Source: an uncultured Chloroflexia bacterium (GTDB lineage: Bacteria; Chloroflexota; Anaerolineae; Anaerolineales; UBA4823). Taken from it: 64,000 bases of DNA. This document shows, in pieces, positions 27,517-38,325 of this stretch (its first letter is position 1; every line of letters starts with the position of its first letter). The stretch lies in contig CAWBFQ010000014.1 in the NCBI GenBank assembly GCA_963788145.1, positions 86,954 to 150,953 on the forward strand, written 5' to 3'. The notes under the pieces were generated by a model that had not been told where the DNA came from, searched no databases, and worked only from the letters and a program-made list of their open reading frames with translations. The position numbers and the translations under genes were made by a program.

Positions 27517-27638
27517 TTCAGAACCTATACACAGCCCGAACGAGAATCAGATTTGCATTCGCTATCATGCAGGAAAGTATAGCACAGCCGATCGGACAAA
27601 GAGTTCTCAAAACAGCAAACCAACCGAAGAATCAGAAT

Positions 27639-28631
27639 TTAGATGATGATCCGGGGCAAACCCAACATCAACACTTCAGCCACCAGGCGGGAGTTCACAT
27701 TCCCTTCCAGCAGAGCGATGGAACGCTCAATAGAACGGACCATATCGCCAGCGCTGCGTGCGCCAAGCTCCGCCGCAGCCCGATCGATCGCCCCCCCCCA
27801 ATCCAGGTTTACAATCGGAGCAGACGCGCCAGCAGCTTTTAATAGTAAATCTCGCCAGAAGGAAAGCCAGACCACCAATTTTGCGCGCATCTTCTCTTTA
27901 TCTTTCGAAAACCCATCCGCAAACTCGAAACGTTCGCCATAGCGGGCGGCCAACAATCCCTTCAGCTCATTCAGCCATTCCGTGCGCTCTTCCAGCAAAG
28001 CCGGATCTTGCGCCAGGCGCAGGGCCAAACCCGGTCGTCCACCTGAGATATGCGCCAACAGGCGGCTATCTTCCGAGGAGAGTTGGATTTGGGCCTGTAA
28101 ACCCGCTTCGACCTGTTCGAGCGGTGCCGGGCGCAAGCGGATCACTTCACAACGAGAGACGATCGTGGGAAGCAAGCTCTCGGGGCTAGCGGCAGTGAGC
28201 AGAAGCACGACCTGGGGAGGCGGCTCTTCCAGCGTTTTCAACAAGGCGTTCATCGCGCTTGGATGGGCTTCTTCGAAGCGCAATAAGAGCGCCACTTTGT
28301 ATTTCGCTTCGTAAGGGGTTAGCGAAAGGTTGTGCTGCAATTCGCGGATTTGATCAACCTTGAGCGTCCCGCCTTCTTTTTCTGCCTGCACAACCAGCAA
28401 ATCTGCCTGCTGCATCTTCTCGATCTGCAGGCAAAGCCGGCAGGTTCTGCAAGGGGACCCGGTTTTATCCGTATTCGGACAGTTCAACGCCTGGACAAGG
28501 CGAATCGCCAGGGTGCGCCGACCTATGCCCGTCGCCCCGCTGAAAAGATAGGCATGACGGATCTCGCCCCGAACGAGGTGCGTCGACAGCAGATCTACTG
28601 CCCACTGGTGGCCGATTAAGTCCCAATTCAT
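27639..28631 (-). CDS. holB: DNA polymerase III delta-prime subunit
   Basis: HAYLFSGATGIGRRTLA, the cysteine module CPNTDKTGSPCRTCRLC, and LLKTLEEPP. Confidence 0.85.
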   Translation of the reverse strand: MNWDLIGHQWAVDLLSTHLVRGEIRHAYLFSGATGIGRRTLAIRLVQALNCPNTDKTGSPCRTCRLCLQIEKMQQADLLVVQAEKEGGTLKVDQIRELQHNLSLTPYEAKYKVALLLRFEEAHPSAMNALLKTLEEPPPQVVLLLTAASPESLLPTIVSRCEVIRLRPAPLEQVEAGLQAQIQLSSEDSRLLAHISGGRPGLALRLAQDPALLEERTEWLNELKGLLAARYGERFEFADGFSKDKEKMRAKLVVWLSFWRDLLLKAAGASAPIVNLDWGGAIDRAAAELGARSAGDMVRSIERSIALLEGNVNSRLVAEVLMLGLPRIII

Positions 28632-28692
28632 TGAGATGATTTTAGCCTATCGGGATCGAATTCGCAACTGCTGAGAAGGCGGTAAACCGCTG

Positions 28693-28701
28693 TGCTATAA
28701 T
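28693..28701 (+). promoter_or_regulatory. extended -10 promoter element TGCTATAAT upstream of pcrA
   Basis: TGnTATAAT lies 41 nt upstream of GTG 28742. Confidence 0.4.
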
Positions 28702-28741
28702 GCTTTTTTGAAATTCATTTCAATCAACAGGTAAGAGAACA

Positions 28742-30945
28742 GTGGATGATTTAGCAAAGCTGAATACCCAGCAACGAGAAGCTGTCACAGCCGGGTCGGG
28801 TCCGGTATTGGTGCTGGCTGGGCCAGGTTCCGGGAAAACGCGGGTATTAACCCATCGGATTGCCTATCTGATTGGTTCGCTTGGGGTCCGACCTTTTAAC
28901 ATTCTGGCGGTCACATTCACGAATAAAGCCGCCCGCGAAATGGGAAACCGGGTCGCAGATCTGGTTGGTGAGAATACGCGCGGCCTGACGTTGGGCACCT
29001 TTCATGCGACATGCGCCAAAATCCTGCGGCGCGAAGCGGAACATCTCCCAATTCAATCCAATTTCGTGATCTTCGACCAGGATGACCAGTTCAGCCTGGT
29101 CAAACAAGCCATCGCCGAGCTAAACCTGGACGAAAAAAAGTATCGTCCCAACAGCGTACATGCTGTGATCTCCAGCGCCAAGAACGAATTGGTTTTACCC
29201 GACCAGTTATCAGTCCAAAACTATCGCGACGAAGTCATTCAGCGCATTTATCGGCGCTACCAGGAAATGTTGTTGGTAAACAACGCCCTGGATTTCGATG
29301 ATCTGTTGCTCTGGACAGCCTACCTTTTGGAAGAAAAACCTGTTGTGCGAGATCGCTACGCCCGGAAATATGAGCATATCCTGGTGGATGAATTCCAGGA
29401 TACCAATATGGCCCAATATCAACTCTTAAGCAACCTGGCATCCTTTCACCGCAACCTGTTTGTAGTCGGCGACGCCGACCAGTCGATTTACCGCTGGCGT
29501 GGGGCAGATTACCGCAATGAGCAGCGATTCAGGAAAGATTTTTCGGATGCGCAGGTGATCCTGCTTGAACAGAATTACCGCTCCAAGCAATCGATACTGG
29601 ATCTGGCTACTTGTGTGATTGACCGCAATATACAGCGTACACCCAAGCGGTTGTATTCAGACCTCGGGCTGGGTCAAAAGCCGATCCTGTTCGAGGCGAA
29701 TGATGATCGGCTGGAAGCCGCCTTCGTTGTGGACATGATCCGGAAACTGATTTATGAGAAACAAGCTACTTCCGGGGATTTCGCCGTTATGTACCGTACG
29801 AATGCCCAATCCCGCTTGCTGGAAGAGGCGTTCCTACAGGCAGGCATACCTTATAAGCTGGTCGGCGCGCAGCGATTCTATGGCCGAAAAGAAATCAAAG
29901 ACATCATCGGGTATATTCGGCTGGTTCACAATCCCAACGATGAGCTGAGTTCTGACGCGGGTGATTAATACGCCCACCCGTGGGATTGGCAATAAGACCT
30001 ACCTGACCCTGAAAACACTATCCCAGCAAGAGAATCTGCCGCCAGGTAAGCTGCTGCTTCAATTTGCTCAAGGTGCGTATTCCGATGCCCTGGAGATAGC
30101 CGGCAATCGAGCCAGGCAGGCGTTGCTAAACTTCAGCGCCCAGTTTGCAAATTGGACCGCCTTGAAAGATCAAGTCCCGCCTATGGCGCTGATGGATCGG
30201 GTCCTGGAGGATACCGATTATCATTCCTTTGTGGACGATGGCACCGATGAAGGTCGCGACCGCTGGGAGAACGTACTCGAGTTGCGCCGCCTGGCTGCCG
30301 ATTTTCAGGAACAAGGGCTGGAAGCCTTCCTGGAGCAGGTGGCGTTGGTCTCCGATCAAGATACTCTGGCAGTCAACGCCAATGCTCCAACCCTGTTGAC
30401 GCTGCATGCCGCGAAAGGGCTGGAATTCCCGGTCGTTTTTATCACCGGCTTGAATGATGGCTTGCTTCCGCACAGCCGTTCATTCGAAGACCCTGAAGCC
30501 ATGCAGGAAGAACGACGGCTGTTCTATGTTGGAATCACACGGGCAAAGGATGCGCTTTTTCTGACCCATTCACAGAACCGTTCTGCCTATGGATTTGGCG
30601 AACCGGTCAGCCCATCCCGATATCTGGATGATATCCCTTACAACTTGATTGACGAGATTTCAGCCGACTGCATCTCAAAGGAGATCATCCATTGAGACCC
30701 GATCCCGTCCAGAGCGATGGGAAACCGGTCATAGGCAAACCAATATCTCCCGGCGACAAAAAGATAAGCCAGCCGTCCAACAGACCTTCGCGCCCGGGAT
30801 GCGGGTTGAGCATCCGGTATGGGGTGAGGGGATGGTTTTGAACAGCCGGTTGCAGGACAATGACGAAATTGTGGATGTGTTCTTTGCCGAACTGGGCCTC
30901 AAGCATTTATCAGCCTCCCTGGCGAGGCTGGAGATTAAGTCTTAG
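28742..30945 (+). CDS. pcrA: ATP-dependent DNA helicase PcrA/UvrD, frame broken twice (about 29951 and 30649-30695)
   Basis: Helicase motifs occur in order across three ORFs (28742..29968, 29961..30695, 30649..30945): AGPGSGKTRVLTHR, VDEFQDTN, YRSKQSIL | VINTPTRGIG, LHAAKGLEFPVVF, RRLFYVGITRAK | the C-terminal domain FAPGMRVEHPVWGEGMV. Confidence 0.9.
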
Positions 30946-30963
30946 GTTATAATCTCTTGCGAA

Positions 30964-31464
30964 ATGCCTGTTTTAAATCGCGATTCTCTGGAATTTATCA
31001 GCCGCAGCGCCGAACAAACCCGTCGGGCTGGAATCCGTCTGGGTGGTTTGCTCCAAACCGGCGATGTGATTGGGTTGGTTGGCGACCTGGGAGCAGGAAA
31101 GACCACCCTGGTGCAGGGGATTGCAGCCGGATGGGGGTCGCTCGACCCGACTTCAAGCCCGACCTTTGTGCTGGTCAACGTCTATCGGCGGCCAGAGGCA
31201 GACCGGTTGTATCACATGGATGCCTACCGCTTGAGCGGTCCAGCCGAAGCAGTGGACCTGGATATCGAAGCCATGTTGGAAAACGGGCCGCTGGTGATTG
31301 AATGGGCAGATCGCATCCATGCGGCGCTTCCGACGGGAATTCTGTGGGTAAACCTGCAATGGGTGAACGACACCCAGCGTGACATGATATTCTCCGCCCG
31401 GGGCGTCCGCTATCTGAATCTGCTCAACCACCTGCGCAGACAATTTTACGGGGTTACCTCTTGA
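30964..31464 (+). CDS. tsaE: tRNA t6A37 biosynthesis ATPase TsaE
   Basis: GLVGDLGAGKTTLVQGIA and SPTF motifs. Confidence 0.85.
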   Translation: MPVLNRDSLEFISRSAEQTRRAGIRLGGLLQTGDVIGLVGDLGAGKTTLVQGIAAGWGSLDPTSSPTFVLVNVYRRPEADRLYHMDAYRLSGPAEAVDLDIEAMLENGPLVIEWADRIHAALPTGILWVNLQWVNDTQRDMIFSARGVRYLNLLNHLRRQFYGVTS

Positions 31465-32241
31465 CGAATTCACCTTCTTATATTCTTCTAGCGCTGGACA
31501 CTTCCACCCGCAATGTTGGGCTGGCCCTGTTCGATGGAGTCCAGATTTTGTGCGAATCCACCTGGGTCAGCAAGGATTACCATACGGTCGAGTTGGCGCC
31601 GGCAGTGGAGGAAGCGTTTCGCAAGGCCGGCCTTGCACGAGAAGGGATCGGCGCTCTGGCAGTAGCGCTTGGACCAGGGTCATTCACCGGCTTGCGGATC
31701 GGTCTGGCCTTAGCCAAAGGGATGGCGCTCGCCCGTCACCTGCCCATCATCGGCATCCCATCCCTGGATATCCTGGCGGCTGCCCAGCCAGTTCTCGACT
31801 TGCCTCTTGCCGTTGTGTTGCGAGCGGGTCGCGGCCGCCTGGCGGTGGGCTGGTATTGCGCTGAACAAAATTTGTGGAAGCCCGCAAAAATGGATCAGCC
31901 AGGCGGCGATGACCTGCGCCTAAATGGGCAGATACATATCATCCGCACAGAAAGAAGGGGAAACCGAATATCACCAGCGCCGGGTCGAAGTCTGCACAAT
32001 TCAAGAGTTGGGAGCAAAAATACATGTACCCACCCTGCTATGTGGTGAGTTGAGCGCAGAGGAACGCGAATTCTTACATCAAGCCTGTCCAGAATTAATC
32101 CTGGCCTCTCCAGCCCAATCGCTGCGCCGTCCTGGCTATCTGGCGGAAATGGGCTGGAAACGCTGGAGAGCCGGTCTGCTCGATGACCCGGCCAGCCTTT
32201 CACCGCTTTATCTGCACTACAACGACCCGATCCCGGGATGA
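31461..32241 (+). CDS. tsaB: tRNA t6A37 biosynthesis protein TsaB, frame broken once (31924-31975)
   Basis: LALDTST and GPGSFTGLRIGLA are in ORF 31461..32048. The C-terminal part (VEVCTIQELGAKIHVPTLLCGEL...) is in ORF 31924..32241. It lies between tsaE and rimI, as in many bacteria. Confidence 0.8.
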
Positions 32242-32822
32242 ACGCCATCGCCAGCAGCCCCATCTCTAAAATTCTGATCCGGTCACTGCAGGAAGAGGAT
32301 ATTCCTGCAGTCCAGGAAATCGACCGGCTGTCTTTCAGCATGCCCTGGCCAGCCAACGCCTATCAATATGAGCTTAAAAAGAACCCCAGCTCGATGCTCT
32401 GGGTCGCCGAATCTGTTGAACTGGATCAAGAAACGACAGGATGCGAAACAAATCAAGCAGATCAAATTCCTGGGCTTATGGAACACCGCCTGGTGGGGAT
32501 GATTGTAGTCTGGTTTATTATCGACGAGGCCCACATCGCGACCATCGCCGTGCACCCTGATTATCGTGGGCGCGGGATCGCCAAGAGGCTGCTCTACACA
32601 GCCATGCAAGAAATCATTCGGAAAGGCTTTAAGATCGCCACCCTCGAAGTCCGGGCCAATAATATCCATGCCCAGAATCTATACCGGATGTTCGGTTTTG
32701 AAACCGTCGGGAAGAGGCCCCATTATTACCAAGACAATCATGAAGACGCATTCATCATGACAGTCGATGGCCTGATGGTCGACATGAAATTTCCCGGTTT
32801 GACTGGACTGGACGAGGATTAA
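32238..32822 (+). CDS. rimI: ribosomal-protein-alanine N-acetyltransferase (GNAT)
   Basis: IAVHPDYRGRGIAKRLL acetyl-CoA motif. ATGA overlap with tsaB. Confidence 0.8.
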   Translation: MNAIASSPISKILIRSLQEEDIPAVQEIDRLSFSMPWPANAYQYELKKNPSSMLWVAESVELDQETTGCETNQADQIPGLMEHRLVGMIVVWFIIDEAHIATIAVHPDYRGRGIAKRLLYTAMQEIIRKGFKIATLEVRANNIHAQNLYRMFGFETVGKRPHYYQDNHEDAFIMTVDGLMVDMKFPGLTGLDED

Positions 32823-32871
32823 TCATAGCGATGCAAAATATCGTTTAGAATCTGGCTATTGGAGAATTGAG

Positions 32872-33579
32872 ATGACGCCTGAAGATACCCTCCGAGAGGT
32901 AGCTAAAGAAATCTCTGCCTGCGCTCAATGCCCGCTGCATCATTCCCGTAAGAACGCAGTGCCAGGCGAGGGACCAGCAGACTCAACTATGATGTTCATC
33001 GGCGAGGGACCTGGTTTTCACGAAAACGAGCAAGGTCGCCCTTTTGTCGGGGCAGCCGGGAAATATCTAGAGGAGTTGCTCACCAAAATTGGGATGAAGC
33101 GCGCCGATGTTTTCATTACAAATGTCGTCAAATGCCGCCCGCCGGGCAACCGCGATCCAGAACCCGTTGAAATTCAGGCTTGTTCGGGGTACCTGGATCG
33201 CCAAATCCAGGCGATCAACCCGAAAATCATCGTTACATTAGGTCGCTTTTCGATGGCTCGCTATATGCCGAATGCCAAAATCAGCGCCGTGCATGGCAAA
33301 GCGGCAAAAATCAATGGACGGTTGGTGGTCGCGATGTATCATCCAGCCGCAGCCCTGCACCAGCCAGCCCTGAAAACAACAATCGAGCAAGATTTTCTCC
33401 ACCTCCCGGCTTTAATCGCTGTGGACGGAGGAGCTCCAATGCCCAGAGGGGTAGATATTGAACTCTCCGAAGGCGTTCAGCTTGCCGATGCGCCAAACCT
33501 AGATTCACCGGCTCAAAAACCGGCGGAAGCAGACGCTGGCGCAGAGAAGCAGCCGCCAAAGCAATTGAGCCTTTTCTAG
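32872..33579 (+). CDS. uracil-DNA glycosylase, family 4
   Basis: CAQCPLH, GEGPGFHENEQGRPFVG and YHPAA motifs. Confidence 0.85.
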   Translation: MTPEDTLREVAKEISACAQCPLHHSRKNAVPGEGPADSTMMFIGEGPGFHENEQGRPFVGAAGKYLEELLTKIGMKRADVFITNVVKCRPPGNRDPEPVEIQACSGYLDRQIQAINPKIIVTLGRFSMARYMPNAKISAVHGKAAKINGRLVVAMYHPAAALHQPALKTTIEQDFLHLPALIAVDGGAPMPRGVDIELSEGVQLADAPNLDSPAQKPAEADAGAEKQPPKQLSLF

Positions 33580-33601
33580 GCGCAACGGTTCACAATACGG
33601 C

Positions 33602-34489
33602 ATGAACGCAATAAAAAGCATGTACTCCCGCTTGCCAGATCAGGCCCGCAGCGCCATTCGTTCCGCTGTGCCCGATCCAGTATTGCGTTGGTATGCCCAC
33701 CGAAACACCGATGTTTACTTGATCTCTTATCCAAAATGCGGGCGGACGTGGCTGCGGTTGATGATCGGCCGGGCAATAGTCAGCCAATATGGGTTAGCGG
33801 AAAACGAGGATACGCTTTTCATTCACTGGAAACATCGCCCTCATCCCGCCGTCCCCAGGATCACCGTGATCCATGAAGATCGCCCGATGTTGAAGATCCC
33901 CGATGAGTTGGAAAGCTCTAAAGAGCGTTATCGATCCAAACGGATCATCTTTTTAGCGCGCGATCCGCGCGATGTGATTGTCTCCAGTTACTTTGAGATG
34001 AATAAACGCGGCCGGTTATTTGGTGAAAACCCATACGAAAAACACCAGGCGGTATTCGATGGCAGCCTGGCGGAATTTGTCCATCAGGAACGGGGTGGGT
34101 TCAACACTGTCTTGCGCTATTACAATATCTGGGCAGAAAACCGGAGCATCCCAGATGGATTCTTACTGGTTCGATATGAAGACTTGAGAAGCAATCCGCA
34201 GCCTGAGTTGCGCCGTGTGATCGACTTTCTGGGTCTCACTTCCATTCCAGACGCGATTTTAGCCCAGGCAGTGGAATATGCTTCTTTTGAGAATATGCGC
34301 AAGATGGAACAACAGAACACCTTCAGCAATGGGATTCTCAACCCGGCGAACCACAGTGACCAGGAATCATACAAAACTCGCAAAGGGAAAGTGAGAGGAT
34401 ATTTAGAATACCTGGAAGACGACGAGATTGAATATTTAAATATCCAAGTCCGACAAAATCTTTCTCCCATTTTTGGATATTCGGAATAA
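33602..34489 (+). CDS. sulfotransferase
   Basis: 5'-PSB-like YPKCGRTWLRLMIG and 3'-PB-like FLARDPRDVIVSSY PAPS-binding motifs. Confidence 0.8.
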   Translation: MNAIKSMYSRLPDQARSAIRSAVPDPVLRWYAHRNTDVYLISYPKCGRTWLRLMIGRAIVSQYGLAENEDTLFIHWKHRPHPAVPRITVIHEDRPMLKIPDELESSKERYRSKRIIFLARDPRDVIVSSYFEMNKRGRLFGENPYEKHQAVFDGSLAEFVHQERGGFNTVLRYYNIWAENRSIPDGFLLVRYEDLRSNPQPELRRVIDFLGLTSIPDAILAQAVEYASFENMRKMEQQNTFSNGILNPANHSDQESYKTRKGKVRGYLEYLEDDEIEYLNIQVRQNLSPIFGYSE

Positions 34490-34516
34490 TTTTTACATAC
34501 TACGTATAAGAGGACA

Positions 34517-35848
34517 ATGATTATGATGTCATCCAATGAAAAACAAAACCTTATCAGTCGATTTAGCAATCGATCTGCTCGGGTGGCCATCCTTGGCCTG
34601 GGTTATGTCGGGTTGCCGCTGGCAGTGGCGTTTGCCGAAGCGGGATTCAAGGTTGTCGGGATCGATCCGGATAAACGCAAAGTGGATACTATTGAGCGCG
34701 GCGAGAGTCATATTCAGGATATCCCCGGCGAACAGGTAGCTCGCCTGGTGAAAGCCGGGACGCTGAAGGCCACCACAGATTTTTCAGCCCTGAAAGAAGC
34801 GGACGCCGTCAGCATTTGTGTCCCTACACCGTTGCGCAAGACCGGCGATCCAGACCTTTCGTATATTTTGAGCGCCACCGAGCAACTGGCAAAATATGTT
34901 CACCCGAAAATGGTTGTGGTGCTCGAATCGACCACTTATCCGGGCACAACCCGCGAGATTCTGCTGCCCGAGTTGGGGGAAGATAAGGGGCTGAATGTGG
35001 GTGTGGATTTCTTCCTGGCCTTCTCACCTGAGCGGGTTGACCCGGGACGTGAGGACTGGACCACTCTAAATACGCCAAAAGTCATCGGCGGAATCACCCC
35101 GGCTTGCTCTGAAGTGGCTGCTGCCTGGTACGCTGAAGCGCTGAAGACCGTCGTGCCAGTTTCATCTGCCGAGGTGGCTGAGATGGCTAAACTTTTGGAA
35201 AACACCTTCCGCATGATCAATATCGGCCTGGTGAATGAGATGGCGATGATGTGCGAGAAATTGGGGGTGGATGTCTGGGAAGTGATCGACGCTGCTGCGA
35301 CCAAGCCGTTCGGCTTCATGAAATTCACACCCGGCCCAGGTCTGGGCGGCCATTGCATCCCGATCGATCCGCTTTATCTTTCCTGGAAACTACGCGCCCT
35401 GAACTACACTGCCCGCTTTATCGAGTTGGCCTCCGAGATCAATACCGGCATGCCGCGCTATGTGGTCGGTAAAGTGCAAGATGCGATGAATGACCAGGGC
35501 AAATCACTCAAGGGACACCGCGTTCTGGTATTGGGCGCAGCTTACAAACCCGATATCGATGATATCCGCAAATCGCCTTCGCTGGATGTGATCGGATTGT
35601 TGCAGCAGAAAGGCGCTGAGGTCTCTTATCATGATCCCTATATTTCAAGCTTGCGCCACGAGGGGCTGGAAATGGACAGCGTGCCGGATCTGATGGATGC
35701 GGTCCAGCAATCAGATTGTGTCGTGATCGTCACCAACCACAGTAATTACAATTACTCAGAGTTGCTGCAAAATGCCAGGCTGATCGTGGATACGCGCAAC
35801 GCGCTGGGCGCAGCCGGGCGCGACAACCCCAAAGTGATTCGCCTTTAG
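34517..35848 (+). CDS. nucleotide-sugar 6-dehydrogenase (UDP-N-acetylhexosamine dehydrogenase family, TviB/WecC/WbpA-like)
   Basis: ILGLGYVGLPLA NAD fold and the catalytic-Cys region GPGLGGHCIPIDP. 443 aa. Confidence 0.8.
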   Translation: MIMMSSNEKQNLISRFSNRSARVAILGLGYVGLPLAVAFAEAGFKVVGIDPDKRKVDTIERGESHIQDIPGEQVARLVKAGTLKATTDFSALKEADAVSICVPTPLRKTGDPDLSYILSATEQLAKYVHPKMVVVLESTTYPGTTREILLPELGEDKGLNVGVDFFLAFSPERVDPGREDWTTLNTPKVIGGITPACSEVAAAWYAEALKTVVPVSSAEVAEMAKLLENTFRMINIGLVNEMAMMCEKLGVDVWEVIDAAATKPFGFMKFTPGPGLGGHCIPIDPLYLSWKLRALNYTARFIELASEINTGMPRYVVGKVQDAMNDQGKSLKGHRVLVLGAAYKPDIDDIRKSPSLDVIGLLQQKGAEVSYHDPYISSLRHEGLEMDSVPDLMDAVQQSDCVVIVTNHSNYNYSELLQNARLIVDTRNALGAAGRDNPKVIRL

Positions 35849-35917
35849 GATGAATCGGAGACAGGACATCGCCGAGACTGGTTTCGGATGGGTGTCCTGT
35901 CTCCACTCGAGGAAAAT

Positions 35918-36910
35918 ATGTCAAATTATTTAGTCACCGGCGCAGCCGGTTTCATTGGCTCCCGGGTAGCAGCAATGCTGCTCGATAGTGGGCATACTGT
36001 GATAGGTATCGATAACATCAATGACGCCTACGATCTGCGCGTCAAATACTGGCGGTTGAACATCCTCAAAGACCGCCCCAATTTTCTCTTCCACCAGGTG
36101 GATATCAGCCAGCGAGATGGGTTGAATGATGTCAACAATGACAGCGCCGGGAAAAAAATCCAGATCGATGCAGTCATCAACCTGGCAGCCAGAGCCGGGG
36201 TACGTCCATCGGTACTCGATCCCTGGGTCTATTTCGAAACAAACCTGACCGGCACGCTGAACCTGCTGGAACTCTGCCGTCAGCAAGGTGTCCAAAAATT
36301 TATCCTGGCTTCCACATCCAGCATTTATGGCAATGACGCCCCGCTGCCTACGCCAGAAGACGCCAGCAGCGATTATCCCCTTCAACCTTACGCAGCCAGC
36401 AAGAAAGGCGCCGAAGCGCTATGCCATGCCTACCACTATCTGCATGGAATAGACACGACGATTTTCCGCTACTTCACTGTTTATGGCCCGGCTGGCCGCC
36501 CGGATATGTCGATGTTCCGGTTTACCCAATGGATTCGGGAGGGTAAGCCCGTCCGGTTGAACGGCGATGGCGAACAATCGCGCGGTTTCACGTATGTGGA
36601 TGACATCGCCCGCGGCACAATTCTCGGTCTACAGCCGTTGGGTTACGAAATTATTAATCTGGGGGGGCATGAGACCATCACGATCAATGAACTCATCCGT
36701 ATGATCGAAGCAAAGATAGGAAAGAAAGCCATCATCACGCAATTTCCGGCCGTACCGGCGGATATGCTGGCGAGTTGGGCGGATGTGACAAAAGCTGGCC
36801 GATTGCTTGGGTGGAAACCACAGGTCTCCCTTGCCGAAGGGATCTCAAATATGATCGAGTGGTATGAAAACGAGCGAAGCTGGGCAAGCCAGGTTGTCAC
36901 GGCTGCTTGA
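35918..36910 (+). CDS. NAD-dependent nucleotide-sugar 4-epimerase (TviC / UDP-glucuronate epimerase-like SDR)
   Basis: VTGAAGFIGS, the YAASK catalytic YxxxK motif, and FTVYGPAGRPDM. ATG 35918 lies within ORF 35888..36910. Confidence 0.8.
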   Translation: MSNYLVTGAAGFIGSRVAAMLLDSGHTVIGIDNINDAYDLRVKYWRLNILKDRPNFLFHQVDISQRDGLNDVNNDSAGKKIQIDAVINLAARAGVRPSVLDPWVYFETNLTGTLNLLELCRQQGVQKFILASTSSIYGNDAPLPTPEDASSDYPLQPYAASKKGAEALCHAYHYLHGIDTTIFRYFTVYGPAGRPDMSMFRFTQWIREGKPVRLNGDGEQSRGFTYVDDIARGTILGLQPLGYEIINLGGHETITINELIRMIEAKIGKKAIITQFPAVPADMLASWADVTKAGRLLGWKPQVSLAEGISNMIEWYENERSWASQVVTAA

Positions 36911-38318
36911 CCGGCTGTTCAAGAACGAGTTGGTCCGCCGGATGCTCAAAAATTCCGGCTACCTGTTCAGCAATACTGGAATCTCCGCAGTCGCCAGCAT
37001 GCTGCAAGGAATTTTGGCAGCGCGCCTGCTTGGGGCGACCGGCTTTGGCATTCTGGGGACCATTACTGTATTCACCAGTGTGGTGAATAACTTTGTTTCA
37101 TTTCGGATGGGTGAACTTGTGGTGAAGTATGTTGGCTACCACACCGAGCGTGATGATCCTCAATCTGCTGCGGCAGTCTTCAAGCTGGCCGCGCTGTTCG
37201 AGATGGTCGCTTCATTCTTTGCTTTTGGATTGATCGTCCTGCTGGCCCCAATAGGAGCGCAATATCTGGCAAAAGACCCTTCCGCTGCCCCTATGTTCAC
37301 TCTTTATGGACTGGTCATACTGGCGAACCTGATTGCAGAAAGCTCTACTGGCTTATTACAAATCTTTGATCGTTTTCGCCGTCTGGCAGGGTTAGGCATC
37401 ATCCAAAGTATGGTCACCCTGGCATTAATCAGCATCACATTCGTCTTGAAAGGCGGTCTGGCAGGCATTCTAAGCGCCTATTTAATCGGAAAAGCGATCG
37501 GAGCGATCGCGATCAGCGCGGCAGCCCTGATTGAAGCCGGGCGACGATGGGGCAGCGGCTGGGGGCATGTTTCGATTAGACGGTTGAACAGCATCGCGGG
37601 CGAAACAGAGGTAAGCCCTTCGTTCCTCGGGGCGGGTCTGGGTGAGTTAGCTCGTTTTGCTGTCAGCACGAACATCAGCGCCACAATCAGCCTGGTTACC
37701 AAAGACAGTGAATTATTGTGGGTCTCCCTGTTGCGCGGTCCTGGCGAAGCCGGCTATTACAAACTGGCTCTGGCTCTGGCTAATATGGTTCAAATGCCGA
37801 TCGAGCCGCTCCCGCAAGCCACCTACCCGGAATTATCAAGACAGGTCGCAAACCAGCGTTGGGGCAATGTCCGCTATATTCTCCGCCAGGGTTCCCGTCT
37901 GGCCGGGGCTTATTCCCTGTTCACCACCTTGTTCCTGGTTTTGTTCGGACAACTACTGATCCGCGTGCTTTATTCGCCCGTCTTCCTACCCAGCTACCCT
38001 GCGCTGATGATTCTGCTGGCGGGGTTGGTAGTCGCCAACACGTTTTATTGGCGCCGGGTTGCGCTGCTGGCATTGGGAAGAGCTGATTTCCCGGCTAAGG
38101 TCAACCTGGTACTGGCGATCTTCAAGGTTTCTGGCACGCTGGCTTTCGTCCCAAAATATGGTTATCTGGCCAGTGCGGCGCTGCTATCCGGTTTTTACTG
38201 GATTGGCTCGCTAATAACAGTATTAAAAGTCCGCGCCCTGGTCAGTCTGCGCGACCTGCAGGCTGGCGACCAGCCTCAAACCAGCCTTGATGAGCAAAGC
38301 ACCCATGGTGGGGCTTAG
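36864..38318 (+). CDS. polysaccharide flippase (MOP/Wzx family)
   Basis: About 12-14 TM helices with a length and layout typical of Wzx. The start is uncertain: ATG 36864 overlaps the epimerase gene by 47 nt, and the alternative is ATG 36942. Confidence 0.65.
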   Translation: MKTSEAGQARLSRLLDRLFKNELVRRMLKNSGYLFSNTGISAVASMLQGILAARLLGATGFGILGTITVFTSVVNNFVSFRMGELVVKYVGYHTERDDPQSAAAVFKLAALFEMVASFFAFGLIVLLAPIGAQYLAKDPSAAPMFTLYGLVILANLIAESSTGLLQIFDRFRRLAGLGIIQSMVTLALISITFVLKGGLAGILSAYLIGKAIGAIAISAAALIEAGRRWGSGWGHVSIRRLNSIAGETEVSPSFLGAGLGELARFAVSTNISATISLVTKDSELLWVSLLRGPGEAGYYKLALALANMVQMPIEPLPQATYPELSRQVANQRWGNVRYILRQGSRLAGAYSLFTTLFLVLFGQLLIRVLYSPVFLPSYPALMILLAGLVVANTFYWRRVALLALGRADFPAKVNLVLAIFKVSGTLAFVPKYGYLASAALLSGFYWIGSLITVLKVRALVSLRDLQAGDQPQTSLDEQSTHGGA

Positions 38319-38325
38319 GCGAAAC

